From a virus, in the IMG/VR virus record IMGVR_UViG_3300023084_000004: 64,000 nt of DNA, one strand, 5' to 3'. Each line of letters starts with the position of its first letter. Position 1 is the stretch's first letter. The position numbers and the translations under genes are program-made. This document shows positions 57,883-64,000 of the stretch, one piece after another. Under the pieces are notes generated by a model that saw nothing but the letters and a program-made list of their open reading frames with translations, did no database searches and was not told where the DNA came from.

Positions 57883-60312
57883 CTAAGCTACTCTAATCTT
57901 CCGCCTAGGATATGTTTGTCCTGTTGCTGGTCTAGAAGTATAAGTTATACTTCTTGGTTGCTTTGTTTTTCCTGCTGTTCCCATTCTTATTGACCAAGGT
58001 AACCAAACTCTTGTGTTTGGAGTTGTGCCCATAATTCCACTGCCTGAATAATAATATTCAGTTTCACTTAATATAACAATATAATTAGCCATTGCAGCGT
58101 GGTTCGAACAAATATAATAATAGAGCCCTGCAGGTACAGTGTCGGTGGCCCAAATCATAAATCCTGATTGAGTTCCATTATTTGTTACACCAGTATTATA
58201 AGCATCAGCAGAACCTTGTACTACACTTCCTTTGTATTGTTTAATATACATAGGATGTCCTGTTGCATTAATACTAAAAGTGAGTGTATCACCTTTTCTT
58301 ATAACTAATATTGGATCATTAGTACTACTAAATGTTTCTGCTCCAACAGTTCCTGTAAAGGTATAAGCCGTAGTTCCGTTAGCTCCTACAGAAACTGCCC
58401 AGTTATCGTTATAACTGTTTCTATCTTGTACTCTTTCTGTTAACTGTGTGCGTTGAGTCATAGTTTGGTTTACAAGGTAGCTACCTTGTAATCTATGTCC
58501 CCACATTTCTGTGCCCGCTGCAGGAAAACTTGTTTTACTTACTGCATTACCACTACGATCTTTTCCTAAATCTTCTACTAATGGAAGAGGGTGTTGAGAG
58601 AAAGTACTTCTTATCATGGTTCTTAATTCTGCGATACTTGGCCAAGATGCTCCGCCTTCTCCATGATAATAATGATCAAGCATTAATGCGACTGCACCAA
58701 CCACATTTGGACATGCCGCTGAAGTTCCAGAAAATGTTCCCCACTCAAATCCATTTGAGTCAGTTTTAACATTATAAACAGATGTCGCACACCATGAACC
58801 TCTTCCTTGTCCTATTGCATCAATCGCTGGACCTCTTGCGGGATAATGCTCCATTAATGGGTTTGTTGTACTAAACTGATATGATGAAACATAAAATGAA
58901 TAGCGATTACCGAGATACTCACACCTATGAGTATATTCTGTACCAGTTACAGGAGCATAAGTGTTTTCAGTAGCAGTAACTTTATTACTGCCAGTGGATT
59001 CGTTTAAGTCATAGTAAAAATAATTTGAATCCATAAAGATTTGATTATTATACTGAGGCTGGTCTGTTCTTGCAAAAACAACTGGAGAATTACCAGATGC
59101 GAAGAACATATAAATCCCGTTAACACCATTAAAGAAATTTAAAACAGCATCCCAAACAGTATCCCTAGAAGAGTTTGAACGAAAAGTTGCGATTCCCCAC
59201 TTATCAGTTCCATTAGCACCAGTCGTGTTAACAACATTGAATCCGTTGTCTATGAAATCTGAGTAATCACTTCCCCAACCACCACCTGGTCTAGTTACTG
59301 TTGTTTGATTTCCATCATCATCAAATGCGTTAAAAGAAGAAATTTCTTCGATAGGTATAATATTCTCAGCTCTTACATCATCAGCGTAACCCCAAGAATT
59401 GTTTACGATAGTAGCGTTTCGTTTACCTGTATCTGGGTTAACTGGTTTTGCTTGATGCCATGCAAGAATTGCTGCATAAATTGATAATTCATTATCATAA
59501 GTCGCATCAGCATAATAAAGGTTTGCGTTTTTTGCCCAACCACAATAAGTACCTGCTGCAACTGATGCACATCCAAGTGCGTGTGTACCAAAGTCTGTCC
59601 AACCATTTGTGACTTGATTATTTCTTACGTTGGTTACTCCCGCATCATAATCACCCCAATCAACAGCAACAAATCTAAAATTATTAGATGCGTCTTTGAA
59701 ATCTGGATGTGCTTGAGCCCACGATGGCTGTTCAAGAGCACCACCACTAGGGTCTACAATAACAATATCAACAGTGCTTCCATCAAAATTATGAGATATA
59801 GTCGTATTTGTTGATGCGTAAGTATCTTCTTGAGTTCCACCACCAAACTGAGCGTTATTAAAGAAACCTAAAGGCCTTCCATTTGGTGTTGGTGCTGTTG
59901 TATTTGTATCCCAGAAAAATTTAGCTGGAATAAAATCAGTTCCATCAAAAGTACTTGAAGGATAAGAAGTGTCGAAGTATGTTTCAACAGTCGTTTTACC
60001 GTTACGATTTTGTGGGTTATAACTATAAAGTACTTTATCTTGTTCGACATTTACACTAACAACATCATCTCTTTCTGAAATAGTATTCGCTTCTTCTTCG
60101 GTAAATTTAAATACACATATTCTATGAAACATGCTAGGATTAGCAATACATTCAAATCCTTGTGAATTTAAATCTTCACAAAAAGCGTCGCAGTCGGTTC
60201 CTTCGCTTAAACGGATTGAGTGATTTTTTCTACCATTAGAATCTGCTTCATGAGGAATAACTCTATAAAGTTCTTCTGGTGGTAAAAATTTTAATGACTC
60301 GTCGATTGCCAT
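57883..60312 (-). CDS. Subtilisin-like serine protease (S8) with a C-terminal cupredoxin-like module
   Basis: Triad contexts IVIVDP (Asp), GTHALGCASVAAG (His), FSGTSAACPNVVGAVAL (Ser); oxyanion ASGN; prodomain-like N-terminus; GHP...YYICSNHAAM. Confidence 0.85.
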   Translation of the reverse strand: MAIDESLKFLPPEELYRVIPHEADSNGRKNHSIRLSEGTDCDAFCEDLNSQGFECIANPSMFHRICVFKFTEEEANTISERDDVVSVNVEQDKVLYSYNPQNRNGKTTVETYFDTSYPSSTFDGTDFIPAKFFWDTNTTAPTPNGRPLGFFNNAQFGGGTQEDTYASTNTTISHNFDGSTVDIVIVDPSGGALEQPSWAQAHPDFKDASNNFRFVAVDWGDYDAGVTNVRNNQVTNGWTDFGTHALGCASVAAGTYCGWAKNANLYYADATYDNELSIYAAILAWHQAKPVNPDTGKRNATIVNNSWGYADDVRAENIIPIEEISSFNAFDDDGNQTTVTRPGGGWGSDYSDFIDNGFNVVNTTGANGTDKWGIATFRSNSSRDTVWDAVLNFFNGVNGIYMFFASGNSPVVFARTDQPQYNNQIFMDSNYFYYDLNESTGSNKVTATENTYAPVTGTEYTHRCEYLGNRYSFYVSSYQFSTTNPLMEHYPARGPAIDAIGQGRGSWCATSVYNVKTDSNGFEWGTFSGTSAACPNVVGAVALMLDHYYHGEGGASWPSIAELRTMIRSTFSQHPLPLVEDLGKDRSGNAVSKTSFPAAGTEMWGHRLQGSYLVNQTMTQRTQLTERVQDRNSYNDNWAVSVGANGTTAYTFTGTVGAETFSSTNDPILVIRKGDTLTFSINATGHPMYIKQYKGSVVQGSADAYNTGVTNNGTQSGFMIWATDTVPAGLYYYICSNHAAMANYIVILSETEYYYSGSGIMGTTPNTRVWLPWSIRMGTAGKTKQPRSITYTSRPATGQTYPRRKIRVA

Positions 60313-60315
60313 CTA

Positions 60316-61995
60316 TTAAGTCTCTAATGTTAATGCTGTTATATCTACTTGTACGGTTCCTGTCGAACCACTTAAATTTGTTACTGAAACTGGAACAGTT
60401 GATTCACTGTTTCCTACCCAGCCAAATACGCCTGGTGTAACTTTAACAGTGGTTGCACCACCTGTAATAAATTCTGCGATTACACCAGATCCTTCAGCCG
60501 GATCTTGACCTTGTGTTCTACTTGCATCAGCTGTTCTTGATGCAACTTCATCATAGATACGTACCCATGCTGCTTTATCAGTTGTAACTTCATATAAAAC
60601 ATATGATTTACCGATATCTGCAAAAGCAACATTACCTGCTGCACCGTCTGCAATTGAAGCCGTTGTTTCTGTTTCTGTATTACGTGTAGCAGAACTTCCG
60701 CCTCCGCCTCCACCACCTGCGGCAGCTTCAACAACGATTGTTCCTGTCATTCCCGAATGTGATGCACATTGATATTTGTAATTGCCAGAAATTGATGCTG
60801 GTATCTTCCAGAATAATGTTCCTGAATAAGTGCCTTGAGCATTAGCTTCTTCGTATATGTTACCTTCTTGTAAAGCAACTAATCCTGTATTATAATCTGC
60901 TCCACCGCTTGTTTGAATTTTAAGCGGGTGTGTACCACCTGAATCGAAAGACATATCAAATCCAACAGTTGTACCAGCTTTTACGTAAATAGTTGGATTG
61001 TCTGTTGTTCCATATTGGTCAAAACGATATGCGGATGTACCATTTGCTGATACTGTTAATACTGTTGCTGCATTACGGAAACTATTTTCAAATAACGCTT
61101 TATCAGCTGAATCTGCTGGTTGTTGGTCTATATCTGCGAAAGATGGAGTGAATGTTACGTTTCTCCATGTACTATCATTTGGGAAATAACTTAGAATATC
61201 TCCACTTTGTGGATTTGTAATTGTCGTATCAGTAATGTCAGTCATAGCAACTGAGCCACCACTACCACCTGACTGTGCTACCCAAGCGTAATCTGAACCA
61301 TTCCAAGAAAGTACATAGCCTGATGTTGGATTACTTTGATTTAGATGCGCGTCAACGTCAGAATTAGAATACATTGTTGGTAATGTAGCAAATTCTAAAG
61401 CATTACCTGCTGAATTTACTCTTGCGTATTGAAGAGCTGAACCTAATGTTCCTGGTGTATCACTTAAACCTACAAAACTTGAAGATCCACTACCACCACC
61501 GCCTGTTGCAGTAATAGTAATAGAATCATTAGTATCACTAGTTGTAATTTGAATTCCAGTACCCGCAATGAATGTTAGAGTATCATCAGCTGAATCTGCT
61601 TCAATATCATTTTGGCCAGAAACTGATATTGTTGTAAATGCTGAGGTTACCGAAATTCCACTAATGTCAGAATAATTCGCAAGTTGTTGCCATGCTCCGT
61701 TGTGAGCATAATAAAGTTTTCCAGTATCATGTGCGTGTCCTATTGCACCATGATATGTACTCGCATCAACAGCTTCAAGATCTGCTATTGTATCATAATA
61801 GAATGATATTTTATGAGAGGCTCCTGGAAAATCAAGTTCTCCTTGAGCATTAAACATTGAAGTAGCGTTAGTAGCGCTACCTAATGCGAAATATAATTCA
61901 TTAAAGTTATCGTTTGTTTTATCGAATGCATTACGTATTGGATCTCCTGATCCATCGTTTGCTGATGCTCCGATATTAATTATTTGCTTGGCCAT
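60316..61995 (-). CDS. Baseplate/fibre protein with a T4 gp9/gp10-type N-terminal anchor and a cupredoxin-like module
   Basis: INIGASANDGSGDPIRNAFDKTNDNFNELY; THPL...YKYQCASHSGMTGTIVV. Confidence 0.78.
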   Translation of the reverse strand: MAKQIINIGASANDGSGDPIRNAFDKTNDNFNELYFALGSATNATSMFNAQGELDFPGASHKISFYYDTIADLEAVDASTYHGAIGHAHDTGKLYYAHNGAWQQLANYSDISGISVTSAFTTISVSGQNDIEADSADDTLTFIAGTGIQITTSDTNDSITITATGGGGSGSSSFVGLSDTPGTLGSALQYARVNSAGNALEFATLPTMYSNSDVDAHLNQSNPTSGYVLSWNGSDYAWVAQSGGSGGSVAMTDITDTTITNPQSGDILSYFPNDSTWRNVTFTPSFADIDQQPADSADKALFENSFRNAATVLTVSANGTSAYRFDQYGTTDNPTIYVKAGTTVGFDMSFDSGGTHPLKIQTSGGADYNTGLVALQEGNIYEEANAQGTYSGTLFWKIPASISGNYKYQCASHSGMTGTIVVEAAAGGGGGGGSSATRNTETETTASIADGAAGNVAFADIGKSYVLYEVTTDKAAWVRIYDEVASRTADASRTQGQDPAEGSGVIAEFITGGATTVKVTPGVFGWVGNSESTVPVSVTNLSGSTGTVQVDITALTLET

Positions 61996-62022
61996 AGCAT
62001 TTCCTCTAAAATTCTAAATTAA

Positions 62023-62030
62023 TATTTATT
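62023..62030 (-). promoter_or_regulatory. Late promoter variant AATAAATA
   Basis: Intergenic, upstream of GAGG SD. Confidence 0.6.
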
Positions 62031-62033
62031 TGA

Positions 62034-62885
62034 TTATGCACCGCGTTGTTCTCTTGTACTTAACCCAAAAATATATGGGAAAGCCGGTGTATTAAAATCA
62101 CCATTTGCAAAAGTTAAAAAATACGCGTAAGTTCCAGTTGGATAATCAGGAGTTGACGCAAGGTATCTTCCATTATATTCGTCAAGATCTCCTAATCCAT
62201 CTACAAACTCATAATCGTTTATAAAACTTCCTGCCGGTTCTTGAGCATATGTAAATCCTCTACCCGTCGCTTCTGTTGCAAGAGTTCTCCAACTACTTAA
62301 CATTTGTCTTACTAAACTTGTATTATCTGCAGGATCCGCATAACTGTATGGTCCATATAAAGGATAGCCATCAAAACACCAACCTAATATTTTACTGTGT
62401 CCGTCAGGATGTCTAAAATTATCTCCTGAATAATTGCTATCATTATAATAAGAATTTGAACCATAAAATTTTGCGTTATTCCAACCGTTGATTAAAAATG
62501 AACCTGAGTGATAATGATACTCACCATTTTCCTCAGGATGTCCACCACATGCATCTACACCATACGCAGATTCATTAAATACTGCATTATATGTAAAACC
62601 TTGAGGTGGTTGAATTTGTGATCCTGGTAAAGGTCCAGGTGCAGCACTTGGATTAAATAATACAACACCATTATTAGCGATACCCATTGCTCCTAATGTT
62701 GTCAAATGAGGATTAGACGTATTTTGTCCACCTCTATATTCAAACTGAAAATCGTGAGTTTGATCTGAAATAGTATTACCACCACCAAACCCACTGCGAG
62801 GAGTTGTACCATCATTAGTTAATACAGTAACTCCTGCTCTTGCTGGATAAGGATCTCCATCTGATTGTATTCTCATTACTGCCAT
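62034..62885 (-). CDS. YHYH-domain protein
   Basis: GAMGIANNGVVLFNP, DACGGHP...EYHYHSG, GWCFDGYPLYGPY, DLDEYNGR, YPTGTYAYFLT. Confidence 0.88.
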   Translation of the reverse strand: MAVMRIQSDGDPYPARAGVTVLTNDGTTPRSGFGGGNTISDQTHDFQFEYRGGQNTSNPHLTTLGAMGIANNGVVLFNPSAAPGPLPGSQIQPPQGFTYNAVFNESAYGVDACGGHPEENGEYHYHSGSFLINGWNNAKFYGSNSYYNDSNYSGDNFRHPDGHSKILGWCFDGYPLYGPYSYADPADNTSLVRQMLSSWRTLATEATGRGFTYAQEPAGSFINDYEFVDGLGDLDEYNGRYLASTPDYPTGTYAYFLTFANGDFNTPAFPYIFGLSTREQRGA

Positions 62886-62886
62886 A

Positions 62887-64000
62887 TTAAGTTACCGTAA
62901 TTGTTGTTGTACTTGGATAATTACCAGTTGTATTACTTACACCCATAGTTTCGGGATCAGATCCAGCCACACCAGTCCACCCACCATTGTTAACGTGATC
63001 TGCAGTTACTGTTGTTGAATCAACAGTAAAGTTTGTTACAGATGCTTCTAAATCTACTAAGTTTGCAATATCTAATGGTGAACCTGATCCATCATCATTA
63101 AACATTCTCAAGAATCTTGGTTTAGTATTGAAGTTAACTAATGTTTTGTAAATAAAATCACCAAACATTTTTGAACCAGCTAGGTGAACATTTTGTTTTA
63201 ATAATTTTTCATATTGACTTTTATCAAGAGTTGATTTAATTTGATACGAATACTCTTGATAAAAATCGCTGTCTTGTACTCTTTGACCAGATTGATAATA
63301 TACATCTTCGCCATCGGCAGCTAATGTTTTTTGATAACCATTTAAGTGTGAACTATAATCTGACCAATAGCCTGATGTTCTTCCCTGTGAAGACGCACTA
63401 ATTATTCCAACCGCTTGAATTTCTCCAGTTGAATCAACGATTTGTACATCTGCTCCATCAACATAACCAAAACCAGAATTTTCAATGCCTACTGTTGCAA
63501 TTCTACCTGTTGCAAATTGTGTTTCAGTATTCATTATTGCATTATCACCAAGAGGTCTTGTGTTATAATCAATTTCTTTACCAATTACATCAATTTCATC
63601 GCCATTGGCTCTTATAATTGGATTAGATCCAGAGAAGCCATAATAATCAAATGGAATAACACTTATCCATCCTTGTTCTGTATTTGTTTTTGTTATTTCA
63701 CCTTGTATACCAGTTGTTTTTTCTGTAATAATTTCATTTAAGTTGAAAACACCAGCATCACCTGGATCTGTAAATCTTAATATTTGATTTCTTCTATCAA
63801 AGTTAATAAAGACATCGTCTTTTACTCTTGCAAAAACGTCATTTGTATACTCATCACCAGGATTTACATTAATGAATCCTGTAATTTTACCAATTGTTAA
63901 ATCTTGAATATCAAATGCATCTTCTAATGCTGTTGATAAATTAACTGGTGAAGCAGTACCTGACATAGGAGCAGTAGCTTCATAATCAGGAGCATTAATT
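62887..64000 (-). CDS. gp7: Baseplate wedge initiator gp7-like protein, C-terminal part (starts beyond the window)
   Basis: Frame stays open from 63966 to the edge (INAPDYEATAP-M); VQDSDFYQEYSYQIKS...HLAGSKMFG motif; upstream of gp8. Confidence 0.72.
   Translation of the reverse strand, partial: INAPDYEATAPMSGTASPVNLSTALEDAFDIQDLTIGKITGFINVNPGDEYTNDVFARVKDDVFINFDRRNQILRFTDPGDAGVFNLNEIITEKTTGIQGEITKTNTEQGWISVIPFDYYGFSGSNPIIRANGDEIDVIGKEIDYNTRPLGDNAIMNTETQFATGRIATVGIENSGFGYVDGADVQIVDSTGEIQAVGIISASSQGRTSGYWSDYSSHLNGYQKTLAADGEDVYYQSGQRVQDSDFYQEYSYQIKSTLDKSQYEKLLKQNVHLAGSKMFGDFIYKTLVNFNTKPRFLRMFNDDGSGSPLDIANLVDLEASVTNFTVDSTTVTADHVNNGGWTGVAGSDPETMGVSNTTGNYPSTTTITVT

Noticed and set aside
1-64000. 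Stop-codon reassignment
   Set aside because: The standard code gives dense, very long ORFs using TAA, TAG and TGA as normal stops
1-64000. tRNA, rRNA or structured ncRNA genes
   Set aside because: Intergenic gaps are mostly under 90 nt and are explained by promoters and SDs; no cloverleaf seen
1-64000. Assignment as a cyanophage on the basis of the phycobiliprotein-like repeats
   Set aside because: No photosynthesis or bilin genes in the window; the gene order is shared by T4-like phages of heterotrophs, so the host is undetermined

Overview
Late-gene (virion morphogenesis) region of a large, AT-rich T4-like myovirus with a cyanophage/marine-T4-like gene layout; the host cannot be assigned from this window. 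All credible genes are on the minus strand. In transcription order: gp7-like baseplate wedge (partial), YHYH protein, gp9/10-N-domain protein with a cupredoxin-like module, S8 subtilase with a cupredoxin-like module, gp8, DUF4815/VrlC-like protein, a long run of fibre/appendage genes (446, 3379, 1750, 1324, 900 and ~3437 aa; three end in S74 chaperones), small fibre-associated genes, a glycan/nucleotidyltransferase cassette, a paralogue array, gp13-gp14-gp15, a second cytidylyltransferase, then gp16-gp17-gp18-gp19 and gp20 (partial, missing from the ORF track). ATAAATA late-promoter cores precede many genes. Main observations: (1) the 3379-aa protein carries 11 Cys-x-Arg-Asp helical repeats resembling the bilin-attachment region of phycobiliproteins; (2) two perfect TTGACA-N17-TATAAT promoters sit directly in front of the glycan-related insertions; (3) putative type-1 copper sites and a subtilase with an intact triad lie in the baseplate cluster. 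All assignments are by motif recognition; no searches were run.
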